From Polyangiales bacterium (GTDB lineage: Bacteria > Myxococcota_A > Polyangia > Polyangiales > Houyiibacteriaceae), in assembly GCA_045106895.1 (NCBI GenBank), contig JBGCFM010000061.1, forward strand, positions 1 to 60,254: a stretch of DNA of 60,254 nt. Reading direction: 5' to 3'. Under the pieces are notes generated by a model. The model saw only the letters and a program-made list of their open reading frames with translations, did not search any database and was not told the DNA's origin. Shown piece after piece: positions 17,416 through 27,160 of the stretch; the first letter of the stretch is position 1; the number at the start of each line of letters is the position of its first letter. The translations under genes and the position numbers were made by a program.

Positions 17416-19449
17416 ATGACGTTGACGGCACGTTTTCTGAGCCTGCTTCTCCCTGTTTTTCTTCTCTCCGCTTCGCTCGCCGAGGCCCAGTTTGACGAGG
17501 AGTTCGCAGACTTCGATGAGGAGCCCGCGGAGGCGGAGCCTGAGGAAGCCCCCGCCACGGACGACTTTTCGGATTTCGACGAGTTCGAGTCCGAAGATTT
17601 CGAGTCCGAAGGTACGGCGGAGAACGAGACGACATCCGTCGACGCTGACCTCGAAGAGCTCGCCGCCGACGAAGCCGACGATGAGGCGGACGAAGAAGCG
17701 GACGAGTCGGAAGAAGCCGAAGCGAGCGACCCCCGCGACCATCCCTCGGACCAGCATCGCTTCCGACTCGGCAACACGTTCACAGGCACGACCGGTGGCT
17801 TTCGCGTCCCACACGCCCTCGGTGCTCCAGCCGGTACGTTCCGCGTGCAACTCTCCCTTGAGTTCATGGCGAAGAACGGCTTCCTCTTCGAAGAGGACAA
17901 TCACAGCCGCGTAGGAGGCGCGCTCTCCATCAGCTGGGCGGTCCACGAAATGGTCGAGGTCTATGCATCCCTCGCGAGCTATGCGACATCAAACACCAGC
18001 GAGTTCCCGAACCTCCTGATCGTCCTTGGCGACCTCGACCTTGGCGTCAAAGTTGGCACGTCGGTGAGCGACACGGTGTCCGTCGGTGGCGACCTTGGCT
18101 TTTTGCTTCCCACGGGAACGGGTCTCGGACCCGCCTTCGACAGTCTCGGACTACGCCTTCGTGCAAACGCGACCATCGACCTTCGCGGCAAACCGGACCC
18201 TGTCCCCTTCATCGCGCGCTTTAGCCTTGGATACACCTTCGACCGTTCGGAGAACCTCATCGAGGCCGACGAAAACCGGCGCTACGACCGGCTCCCGGAC
18301 GCCCTCGAGCGCGGAGACGAGACTCGTCACCTCATCACCCGAGCCGAGCGAAACGCGCTCTCCATCGACCGCACGGATTTCCTCAATATCGGCATCGGAT
18401 TCGAAGCGCCCATCGAGATTGGCGAAGACATGATGATCAGCCCAATCCTTGAGTACGCGCTGAACGTGCCCGTCAATCGGCAAGACTACGTCTGTCCATT
18501 CATCCCTTCAGAACCCGGCAGCAGCGACCCGCGTCCCGGCGACGACAGCTGCCTCGTTCAAGAAGGCTTCTCTGCGTTCCCGCAAACGCTCACGTTGGGC
18601 GCGCGTTTCTTGCCCGCAGTTCGCGGCATGCAAATTCACGCGGCCCTCGATGTTGGACTCACGGGCCGGAGTGGCTCCGTTGCGGTTCGCGAACTGTCGC
18701 AGACCGCGCCTTGGAAGCTCTGGATTGGGCTCGCCTACGCACACGACGCGCGGGCTCCACAAATTCCGCCTCCGGTCTTCCGCGAGGTGGACGTCGAGGT
18801 GGAGGTGCCCGCGCCGGAAGCACCGGGCGGACGCATCCTCGGACGTGTACTCGCGACGGAGGGCGACGCTCCCATCGCCGACGCGACGGTTCGTTTCACA
18901 GACCCCACCATGACCGCGCTACGAGCCACTCCGGAGGGGACGTTCAATAGTTACCGGTTCCCGCCAGGCACCGTCCGCATGACCATTGAAGGAGCAGGAC
19001 ACAACCCTGGCGCTTGCGAGGTCACCATCCCCGAAGAGGGCGGCGATCAAGAAGTGGTCTGCCGCTTGGAGCGCGCGCTTGTCGCCGTCGAAGAGGACTC
19101 CGTCGTCATCCTTGAGCAGATTCAGTTCGCTTTTGACTCCGACGAAATCCTGGAAGAGTCCTTCGGCTTGATGGGGCAAATCGCGTCGGCGTTGAGCGCT
19201 CATCCTGAGATTCGTGTCGTCGAGATTCAGGGTCACACGGATGACCAGGGCGATGACCAATACAACGCAGGGCTCTCTCAGCGTCGCGCGGAGTCGGTTC
19301 AAGCATGGCTCACGGAGAATGGAATCGACGCGGCTCGGCTGCGTGCGCGCGGGTACGGCGAGATCGCGCCACTCGTTCGTGACACCACGGACGAAGCACG
19401 CGCTGCGAACCGACGCGTCGAATTCCGCATCATGGAGCGCAGCGAGTGA
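17416..19449 (+). CDS. OmpA-family outer membrane protein (beta-barrel + carboxypeptidase-regulatory-like + peptidoglycan-binding domain)
   Basis: Signal peptide; acidic N-terminus; IQFAFDSD...IQGHTD...NAGLSQRRAESV...NRRVEF. Confidence 0.9.
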   Translation: MTLTARFLSLLLPVFLLSASLAEAQFDEEFADFDEEPAEAEPEEAPATDDFSDFDEFESEDFESEGTAENETTSVDADLEELAADEADDEADEEADESEEAEASDPRDHPSDQHRFRLGNTFTGTTGGFRVPHALGAPAGTFRVQLSLEFMAKNGFLFEEDNHSRVGGALSISWAVHEMVEVYASLASYATSNTSEFPNLLIVLGDLDLGVKVGTSVSDTVSVGGDLGFLLPTGTGLGPAFDSLGLRLRANATIDLRGKPDPVPFIARFSLGYTFDRSENLIEADENRRYDRLPDALERGDETRHLITRAERNALSIDRTDFLNIGIGFEAPIEIGEDMMISPILEYALNVPVNRQDYVCPFIPSEPGSSDPRPGDDSCLVQEGFSAFPQTLTLGARFLPAVRGMQIHAALDVGLTGRSGSVAVRELSQTAPWKLWIGLAYAHDARAPQIPPPVFREVDVEVEVPAPEAPGGRILGRVLATEGDAPIADATVRFTDPTMTALRATPEGTFNSYRFPPGTVRMTIEGAGHNPGACEVTIPEEGGDQEVVCRLERALVAVEEDSVVILEQIQFAFDSDEILEESFGLMGQIASALSAHPEIRVVEIQGHTDDQGDDQYNAGLSQRRAESVQAWLTENGIDAARLRARGYGEIAPLVRDTTDEARAANRRVEFRIMERSE

Positions 19450-20579
19450 GCGAAAACGAAAGCCCGGCGGGCACATCCTCGAAGCGCTTCATGGCTGTCA
19501 CCGCGTTGGTGGTGGCTGCCGCTGGCGGCGCAGCGCTCTTCTTGGCCCAGTGCACACGCACTCGACCCAATGACCCGCGCGAAGCAGACCGCATCGCCGG
19601 CGCTACGCTCTACCGTACTTACTGCGGCCTCTGTCACGGCGACGAGGGCGAGGGCTACGCAGCGGACGACGCAAACGCATTGAACAACCAAGACTTCCTT
19701 GTGAGCGTCACGGATGAGTTTCTGAGAATCAACATCGCGGATGGACACCCGGGAACGGCGATGGCGGCCTACGCTCAAGAAGCGGGGGGTCCCATCGGTG
19801 CGGCTGATATCGACCTCCTCGTTGCTTTCATTCGCGCATGGCAAACGGAGCCGAGCGCGGAGCTTTCTGCGGACACCATCGAGGGCGATGTCTCGAACGG
19901 TCGAACGGTCTTCGCACGGGAATGTGCGAGCTGTCATGGAACCAACGGACGTGGTGATAGCGCGCTGAGCCTCAACAACGGCGTGTTTCTTCGAAGCGCG
20001 AGCGACGCACAGATCGAGTACGCGATTCGTGTCGGTCGACGCGGAACGCCGATGCCTGCCTTTGCCGGCGAGCTCCAGGACGGAACCATTCGAGACCTGA
20101 CGGCGTTGATTCGTAGCTGGGAGTCCTCCGCCGACGACACGGTCCCGGACGCTGCATCCGAGATTGGCGAAGGCCCCGCCATCATCAACCCGGACGGTGG
20201 TGCGCCAGAGTTTTCGGAGCTCCGCGAAGGTCGCTACGTGCCTTCGGAAGAGGTGTCACGTGCCATCGAGGGCGGGAAGCGAATTGTGATTCTCGATGCG
20301 CGTCCACCTTCCGACTACGTACGATTCCATGTCGTCGGCGCGATTCCGTCGCCCTACTACGGCGTGGAGGAAGCGATGAACCGCATTCCGAACGACGGTA
20401 CTTGGGTGATCGCTTACTGTGCCTGCCCGCACGCGGCCTCGGGCCGAGTGATGGACTATCTCCGTGAGCACGGCTTTGAGAATACGGCCGTTCTTGATGA
20501 GGGCGTGCTTCATTGGCGCGAGGAAGGCTACCCCGTCATCGAAGGCGTCGAACCCGGCGTCCTCGCAGACGCTGACTAG
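19446..20579 (+). CDS. Di-heme cytochrome c fused to a rhodanese domain
   Basis: CGLCH and CASCH with distal AM/PM Met; ILDARP...HVVGA...YCACPH...LDEG..HW. Confidence 0.85.
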   Translation: MSENESPAGTSSKRFMAVTALVVAAAGGAALFLAQCTRTRPNDPREADRIAGATLYRTYCGLCHGDEGEGYAADDANALNNQDFLVSVTDEFLRINIADGHPGTAMAAYAQEAGGPIGAADIDLLVAFIRAWQTEPSAELSADTIEGDVSNGRTVFARECASCHGTNGRGDSALSLNNGVFLRSASDAQIEYAIRVGRRGTPMPAFAGELQDGTIRDLTALIRSWESSADDTVPDAASEIGEGPAIINPDGGAPEFSELREGRYVPSEEVSRAIEGGKRIVILDARPPSDYVRFHVVGAIPSPYYGVEEAMNRIPNDGTWVIAYCACPHAASGRVMDYLREHGFENTAVLDEGVLHWREEGYPVIEGVEPGVLADAD

Positions 20580-20746
20580 AGCCCGTCTCATCACTACGCG
20601 TGGTCACATTTTGGTCAGAGTGCTTCGATTTAGCCGTCCGCGAAGCGATGAACTGTGGGCATTTTTGAGCTGAGGGGATGAGCGAAGGCGGTGTGCTCCG
20701 GCCGCAATGCGGCCGTGCGTAGTTATAAGATGGGCTCTCGCTCGCG

Positions 20747-22084
20747 TTACTTTTGGGTTTCGCGAAAGCGGCCCGCGAGGGTGCGAACGAACGCACCCAT
20801 CCAAGGCTTCATGGCGCCAACTTCGCTCTCGAAGACCTCCGATGTGATCACCTGACAGACACAGTCTTCTTTGGCTGTGACCGACGCGGTGCGCGGTCCG
20901 GGGGAGAGGATCGCGGTCTCCCCGAACACTTCGCCTGGCCCCATCGTTCGGAGTTCGCGGCCATCTTTGGTGACAACGCAGGTGCCTTTGCGAATGATGT
21001 AGGCGGCGTCACCGAGTTCGCCCTCTGCGACGATGATGGTTCCTTTGTCAAAGCGCGTGGACGGGAAGGGCGCCCCGCCGCGTTGGAATTGCTGAATCGC
21101 GTCCTTGAGCGCGCGCGCGTTCTCGAAGCGGTCGACCTGGTATTTTGCCATGGCCCGGTCGACGATCTCTATCAACGCACGTGGCACGCTTCCGGGCTCA
21201 GTGATCTCCGCGATGGGCGTGTACGCACCCATTTGAGCGCGCAGCACCGTGGCCCAAAACGTATTTGCGGAGAAGGGTGAGCGGCGTGTGAGCGCTTGGT
21301 AGACAAGCGCACCCACGGCAAACACGTCCGAGCGCTCGTCGATCTCGTCCGCCGCGCCGCGCGCCTGCTCCGGTGCCATATGCGTTGGCGTTCCGGCGAG
21401 GGTGGCGGCTTCTTCGCTTTCGTCATGCCGCAAGGGCAGGAAGCTTGTGGTCGCTTCCGAGCGCACGATGGCAACCCCCCAGTCCATGAGATACACCTCG
21501 CCGAACTCGCCGACCATGATGTTGGAGGGCTTGATGTCGCAGTGAATCACGCCACGGCTGTGTGCGAAGGACAACGCGTCACAGACCTTGATGACGATGT
21601 CCAAGACTTCGAAGAGGGAGTTGTGGTCGAGGGGGGAGGGCGCCTCCTTCATGATCTGAGCAAGGGTTCGTCCGCCCACAAGCTTCATCGTAAAATAGAG
21701 CTGCCCCTCATCATCGATGGCCAGCTTGCGCACCGGCACGATGTTGGGGTGATCCAATTGACCTGTGACCTGCGCCTCCCGTACGAACCGCCGAAGCGTC
21801 CCTGCATCATCGAGGAGATGCCCATGGATACGTTTTCGAGCGGACTGCCGACCTAGCACCGGGTCACCGATGACATCGATGGTGCCCATGCCTCCAGCGG
21901 CCAGGGTGCCCAGGCTCTTCGGCTCCCGTTGCTGGGCGTCGCGCACGTACGCGATGAGCTCTTTGGGGTCCTCCGCCGTGGCCGTCGCTTGGTGCAGAGT
22001 CACCGGCCGCTCGCTGTCTGCGTTCGATTCGGCCACCGAGCGAAGTGAGCGGGTTGGTAGCGGCTTCTCCGACATCGGCTCCAA
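20747..22084 (-). CDS. Ser/Thr protein kinase with C-terminal cyclic-nucleotide-binding domain
   Basis: GGMG, HPNIV, HCDIKPSN, DWG, GTPTHMAPE; EGELGD..YII...GEVFGE...PRTASV. Confidence 0.9.
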   Translation of the reverse strand: MEPMSEKPLPTRSLRSVAESNADSERPVTLHQATATAEDPKELIAYVRDAQQREPKSLGTLAAGGMGTIDVIGDPVLGRQSARKRIHGHLLDDAGTLRRFVREAQVTGQLDHPNIVPVRKLAIDDEGQLYFTMKLVGGRTLAQIMKEAPSPLDHNSLFEVLDIVIKVCDALSFAHSRGVIHCDIKPSNIMVGEFGEVYLMDWGVAIVRSEATTSFLPLRHDESEEAATLAGTPTHMAPEQARGAADEIDERSDVFAVGALVYQALTRRSPFSANTFWATVLRAQMGAYTPIAEITEPGSVPRALIEIVDRAMAKYQVDRFENARALKDAIQQFQRGGAPFPSTRFDKGTIIVAEGELGDAAYIIRKGTCVVTKDGRELRTMGPGEVFGETAILSPGPRTASVTAKEDCVCQVITSEVFESEVGAMKPWMGAFVRTLAGRFRETQK

Positions 22085-22142
22085 TCTAACTCAGGGAGAT
22101 CCGCATGCCTAGCTGCGCTTCTCCTGACTCTCCGGCTCGCCT

Positions 22143-24815
22143 ATGATGCCCACCATGGCGCGCAAGAGAGTCATCCTCATCGACGGTACAGCTATCGTCT
22201 TTCGCGCGTTTTTCGCGATTCCGGGCTCTTTCAGCACGAGCGACGGTGTCCCGACAAATGCCACCTACGGCTTCGCGCTGATGTTTCGAAAGCTGCTTCA
22301 AGGACGGGCTCCGGACCTCGGCGCTGTCATCTTTGACGCTCCGGGCCGAACTTTCCGCGACGAGCGCTTCAAAGACTACAAAGCCCAGCGGCCTCCGATG
22401 CGCTCTGAGATGCGCGTTCAGTTTCCGTGGATTCATAAGGTCGTGGAGGCGCACGACTTCCCGCTCTTGAGTGTCTCCGGGTATGAGGCCGATGACGTCA
22501 TCGGCACGTTGACGCGTGAGGCGCTTGAGGCCGGGCACGAGGTGTTCATCGTGAGCGGCGACAAGGACTTCGCTCAGCTTATCGGGGAACACGTTCGCAT
22601 GGTCGACACCGTGAAGGACGTCACGTACGACGCTGAACTCGTTCGCAAGAAGTGGGGCGTGGGGCCTGAACTCTTCGTCGACTACCTCGCCCTGGTCGGT
22701 GACTCCGCAGACAACATCCCGGGGGTCAAAGGCATCGGTCCCAAGAGCGCGAAGAAGCTCCTGGAGCGCTTTGGAACTCTCGAAGGGGTCCTCGCAAACA
22801 CCGCGGAGCTCAAAGGAAAGCAGAAGGAGAACCTCGAGACCTTCGCGGACGACGCCCGCCTCTCCCAGGAGCTGGCGACCATCGACCAACACGTGCCCCT
22901 CGACGTTGGCATCGAAGACTTGTGTGTTCCCGCTGTGGATACAAAGAAGGTCGACGCACTCTATCGTGAGCTGGAGTTCTTCTCTCTTCTAAGCGGTGAC
23001 GACGCCGCCGCCCACGCCGACGCTGCGGATATCCGGGCGTTTGCAGACCTCGCCGAGGCGGAGGCGTTCGTGAAAGAGGTGCAGGACTCGCATGCGTTGC
23101 TGACGACTGTTCCTGTGTTTGACGGCTCGCCGATTCTTGGCACGTGGCTGGGTGCAGGCTTCGCGACGTCCAACGAAGATGGCGAGGTCGGCCGCTACCT
23201 GCCCATCGCCGGCGTCGGCGGTCTGGGTGAAGCCGCGCGCGAGTTTCTGCTGAAGGTGTGCGCTGACGAGAACATACGAAAGGTCGCTCACGACGTCCGC
23301 GACCTGCACTGCTTTGTCGAACGCGCAGGCAGCACCCTCGCCGGCGTTGTCGGCGACACGCGCCTTGCCTCGTTCTTGATCGACCCCGCCCGGGACATGC
23401 CGCACCGCCTCGACCAACTCAGCCGAACGTGGCTGCACCGAACGCTGCCTGCGCTCAAGGAGCTGAAAGGTTCCGGGAAGTCCGAAGTGCCCCTCGCCGA
23501 ATGCGCTCTCGACGACGTCGCTCGGCACTTTGCGAACCTTGCGGCCACGGTGGCTGAGCTTTGGCCCCCCATCGCGGAGGCCCTCAGCGAAGAAGAGCAA
23601 GGCGCCTGCATGAGAGACGTCTCGCTGCCGATGGCGTCGGTCCTCGCGCGGATGCAGGTCGCGGGCGTGCGCGTTGACGCCGGCGTTCTTAAGAGCCTCG
23701 GAGCTGAGTTTGAAGCCCGGAAAAGCGTCGTCGAAGCGGAGGTGTATGCTGCCGCTGGCCGGGAGTTCAACATCGGCTCCACCAAGCAGCTGGGACAAGT
23801 CCTTTTTGACGACTTGGGTCTGCCGGTCATCAAGAAAACGAAGACGGGCTACTCCACCGCGGCGGATGTCTTGGAACGCCTCGCACCCAAACACCCCATC
23901 GCGGGCCTGGTGCTCCAGCGTCGCGCCCTGGCCAAACTCATCAACACGTACACGCGTGTCCTGGATGAGGCCATCGCCGAGGACGGCCGCGTCCACTGCA
24001 CGTTTCAGCAAACCGCCGGTCTCTCGGGTCGCCTGATCACCACAAACCCGGACATTCAGCGAACGCCAATACGGACGGGCGACGGGAAACGAATCCGCGA
24101 GGCGTTCTTGCCACGCGATGGATGGCAGATGTTGTCCGCGGACTGGAGTCAGGTTGAGCTTCGTATCCTTGCGCACATGAGCGGCGACGCGGTCTTGACG
24201 GAGTCCTATCGAACGGGCGCTGACATTCACCGACGAACGGCCGCGGAGCTCTTTGGCGTATCGCCCGCCGATGTGAGCGCGGAGCAACGAAACGCTGGTA
24301 AGACGGTGAACTTCGCCACGATCTATGGTCAAGGCGCCAGCGCCCTTGGCCAGAGCCTAGGAATCCCTCGAGCGGAGGCCAAGCGCTACATCGAGCGCTA
24401 CTTCGAACTCTACTCGGGCGTGAAAGACTGGCTGGAGGACACCGTTGCGAAGGCGCACGAGACAGGTTTCGTCGAGACGATCCTGGGGCGCCGCCGCTAC
24501 ATCCAGGAGCTGTCGAGCAACAACTTCTCCGACCGCGCCTACGGCGAACGTATCGCGACGAATACTCCGATTCAGGGAAGTGGAGCCGACATCTGCAAGC
24601 TGGCGATGCTCAACATCGACAAGGCCATCCGCGGGGCAGGTATGCAGGCGCGGATGCTCCTGCAAATCCACGATGAGCTGGTCTTCGAAGCACCGCCCGA
24701 GGAGCTTGGGAGGCTTCGGGAGCTCGTCAAAGACGCAATGGAGAACGCGGTTGAACTCCGCGTTCCCCTGCTTGTTGATATCGGCACCGGCGCGAGCTGG
24801 GCCGACGCGCACTAA
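22143..24815 (+). CDS. polA: DNA polymerase I
   Basis: 5'-3' exonuclease (YKAQR, EADD, SGDKD, GDSADNIPGV) and polymerase motifs A (ADWSQVELR), B (KTVNFATIYG) and C (QIHDEL). Confidence 0.95.
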   Translation: MMPTMARKRVILIDGTAIVFRAFFAIPGSFSTSDGVPTNATYGFALMFRKLLQGRAPDLGAVIFDAPGRTFRDERFKDYKAQRPPMRSEMRVQFPWIHKVVEAHDFPLLSVSGYEADDVIGTLTREALEAGHEVFIVSGDKDFAQLIGEHVRMVDTVKDVTYDAELVRKKWGVGPELFVDYLALVGDSADNIPGVKGIGPKSAKKLLERFGTLEGVLANTAELKGKQKENLETFADDARLSQELATIDQHVPLDVGIEDLCVPAVDTKKVDALYRELEFFSLLSGDDAAAHADAADIRAFADLAEAEAFVKEVQDSHALLTTVPVFDGSPILGTWLGAGFATSNEDGEVGRYLPIAGVGGLGEAAREFLLKVCADENIRKVAHDVRDLHCFVERAGSTLAGVVGDTRLASFLIDPARDMPHRLDQLSRTWLHRTLPALKELKGSGKSEVPLAECALDDVARHFANLAATVAELWPPIAEALSEEEQGACMRDVSLPMASVLARMQVAGVRVDAGVLKSLGAEFEARKSVVEAEVYAAAGREFNIGSTKQLGQVLFDDLGLPVIKKTKTGYSTAADVLERLAPKHPIAGLVLQRRALAKLINTYTRVLDEAIAEDGRVHCTFQQTAGLSGRLITTNPDIQRTPIRTGDGKRIREAFLPRDGWQMLSADWSQVELRILAHMSGDAVLTESYRTGADIHRRTAAELFGVSPADVSAEQRNAGKTVNFATIYGQGASALGQSLGIPRAEAKRYIERYFELYSGVKDWLEDTVAKAHETGFVETILGRRRYIQELSSNNFSDRAYGERIATNTPIQGSGADICKLAMLNIDKAIRGAGMQARMLLQIHDELVFEAPPEELGRLRELVKDAMENAVELRVPLLVDIGTGASWADAH

Positions 24816-27160
24816 CGCCTTCGTCGGCGCCTGAGGAGAAGGGCGCCGAAGACGAAGAGCCCGAACGCGCTCCCACTCTGGGATGCGCCCACCGTCGTGC
24901 AGCCACAGCCACCTTCGTCGGGTGGGTCCACCATGGGTCCGGCATCACCCATCGTCATGCCACCGTCACCACCGCACATCGGTGAAAGGACGTACTCACA
25001 CGCTTCGCCATCGGCGTCGCAGCGATCGATGGTGCACTCGTCGCCATCGTCGCAGAGGCTGTCGTCGTCGCAGTCGCACTGGCTGTCTGCCACATCGACG
25101 TCGCCGTCGCAGTCGTTGTCGAGTCCATCGTCACACACCTCACGGGAGCGTGGTCGAACGAGCGGGTTGTTGTCGTCGCAGTCGGCTCCGCCGCGGTCTT
25201 CGTCCGCATCGAGGCAATCGCCGTCACCGTTGTCGTCGATTCCAATTCCGCAGAACCCATCACCATCGCGATCGAGCAAGAAGGCGCAGTCTTCGTCGAA
25301 GAGGTCTGGCTCACCATCGCAGTCATCATCGATGCCGCCGTTTCGGCACATCTCTTCGCTGCCCGGGTTCCGATCGACATCGTTGTCGTTGCAGTCGCTC
25401 ACGCCGAGGTTTTCACCTTCGTCCAAGCAGTCGCCATCGGCGTTTAGATCCTGGCCGATGGGACAGTAGCCGTCTCCGTCGGCGTCAACGTCTCGTGTGC
25501 AGGCTTCATCTTCCATGTCGATGAGCCCGTTCTGGTCATTGTCCTTCCGGTCGATGCAGTTCTCGGGAGCGCCGGGGAAAATACTCGGGTCCATGCCAGC
25601 TTCGTCGCCGGGGCCTTCTTGTTCACCCTCGCCGTCACAGGTCCCCGAGGCATCGAGATCCCGGCCGATGCGGCAGTAGCCGTCGTTGTCGAAGTCGAAG
25701 TAGTCCGCGGAGCAGACCGGGTCTCGGCCGTCTGGGCTCCCGTCGCAGTTGTCGTCAAACCCGTTGAGGCACATTTCAGGCAACTCTGGGGCTGCGAGCG
25801 GGTTGTCGTCGTCGCAGTCCGTACCGCCGCCAATCTCGCCGCTGTCCGCGCAGTCTCCGTCGCGGTTCATGTCGAACCCAACGAAGCAGTAGCGGTCACC
25901 GTCCAAGTCGAGGTGCGTGACGCAGTCGTCGTCCGCAAGGCTCGTCATCATGTCGCAGTCGTCGTCTTCCATGTTGGTACAGACTTCTGCGACGCTGGGG
26001 CTGATGAGCGGGTTCTCGTCGTTGCAGTCGAACGCGCCCACGTCTTCGCCCTCGTCCGCGCAGTCGCCGTCGTCGTTTCGGTCTTCGCCTTCTGGGCAAT
26101 GACCGTCCATGTCGGCGTCAAACACGCTTCGGCATTCATCATCCAAGAAGTTCGGGAGGCCGTCGCAGTCGTTGTCGATGAGGTCGCCGCAGTCTTCGAT
26201 CTGGTCTGGGTTCGCCAGGGGGTCACCGTCATCGCAGTCGTAGCCGGCGTCTGCCTCGCCTGGGTCGAGGCAATCACCATCACTGTTGAGGTCGCGGCCG
26301 ATTGGGCAGTACCCGTCCATGTCGGAGTCGTTGTCGCCGTTGCACATCATGTCGGCTTCGTCGGTGTCCCCGTCGCAGTTGTTGTCCAGCGCGTCGACGC
26401 AGTTCTCTCGAGCGCCCGGGAACACGGTGATGCTGTCGTCTTCGCAGTCGACATCTCCAGTCATCTCACCGCTATCGATGCAGTCCCGGTCGCGGTTCAT
26501 GTCGCGACCCATGGGGCAGTAGCCGTCTCCGTCGCGGTCGACGACGGACGCACAGACCGGGTCGTTGAGGGTTCCGAAGCCGTTACAGTCCGCGTCGTTG
26601 TCCTCTTCGCAACGCTCCTCTTCACCGGAGTTGACGGAGTTATCGTCGTCATTGCAGTCGAGGGCGCCGGTGTTTTCGCCGACGCCAAGGCAGTCGCCGT
26701 TCATGTCGAGGTCTTCACCGAACCAGCAGAAGCCATCGCCGTCGGCGTCGGTGTTGCCCGGGGAGTCGCTGGAGAAGCCAGGGCGGGTGACATATGCCGC
26801 CGTGCCGGGTGACGCGTCGACGCCGTTCCAGCTACCCGTTGGGTCCTGCAGCTCTTGGCCGTTCGTAAACCCGTCGCCGTCGGAGTCGAGGCTCGCGAGA
26901 GCGGGACCCCACACAAACGCCGCGTCGCGGAATGCGAGGCCAAAGGGATTCAGGCATGGGCGTGTGCCGCCGTCGTCCACGCAGCCTGCGCCTCCGTCCG
27001 GGTTATTGTGACAAGTGATGCAGGGTTTCTCGAGACCGTCGGTGCTCGTCGCTGTCGCGCGGTTTGGCACGTACTGAGCGTAGAACTCATGCGCGAAGGC
27101 TTGGGTCGGCGCTGACCCGATCGCCAATGCCGCGAGGAGGGCGAAGCGCCGACCGATCAC
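24812..27160 (-). CDS. Cell-surface protein: N-terminal CxxCH/temptin-like domain, DxDGDG-C / ExCD..DNDCDG metal-binding repeats, MYXO-CTERM
   Basis: Signal peptide; CITCH; NPFG..F...W...DSDGDGFTNGQEL.DP; repeated DCDD....PG..E.C.D..DNxCDG; GGCGC-TM-RRRRR tail. Confidence 0.85.
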   Translation of the reverse strand: MIGRRFALLAALAIGSAPTQAFAHEFYAQYVPNRATATSTDGLEKPCITCHNNPDGGAGCVDDGGTRPCLNPFGLAFRDAAFVWGPALASLDSDGDGFTNGQELQDPTGSWNGVDASPGTAAYVTRPGFSSDSPGNTDADGDGFCWFGEDLDMNGDCLGVGENTGALDCNDDDNSVNSGEEERCEEDNDADCNGFGTLNDPVCASVVDRDGDGYCPMGRDMNRDRDCIDSGEMTGDVDCEDDSITVFPGARENCVDALDNNCDGDTDEADMMCNGDNDSDMDGYCPIGRDLNSDGDCLDPGEADAGYDCDDGDPLANPDQIEDCGDLIDNDCDGLPNFLDDECRSVFDADMDGHCPEGEDRNDDGDCADEGEDVGAFDCNDENPLISPSVAEVCTNMEDDDCDMMTSLADDDCVTHLDLDGDRYCFVGFDMNRDGDCADSGEIGGGTDCDDDNPLAAPELPEMCLNGFDDNCDGSPDGRDPVCSADYFDFDNDGYCRIGRDLDASGTCDGEGEQEGPGDEAGMDPSIFPGAPENCIDRKDNDQNGLIDMEDEACTRDVDADGDGYCPIGQDLNADGDCLDEGENLGVSDCNDNDVDRNPGSEEMCRNGGIDDDCDGEPDLFDEDCAFLLDRDGDGFCGIGIDDNGDGDCLDADEDRGGADCDDNNPLVRPRSREVCDDGLDNDCDGDVDVADSQCDCDDDSLCDDGDECTIDRCDADGEACEYVLSPMCGGDGGMTMGDAGPMVDPPDEGGCGCTTVGASQSGSAFGLFVFGALLLRRRRRR

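Noticed and set aside
24812..27160. Possible CRISPR or DNA repeat array
   Set aside because: Repeats are degenerate, in-frame protein repeats; no identical repeats with unique spacers and no cas genes in the window
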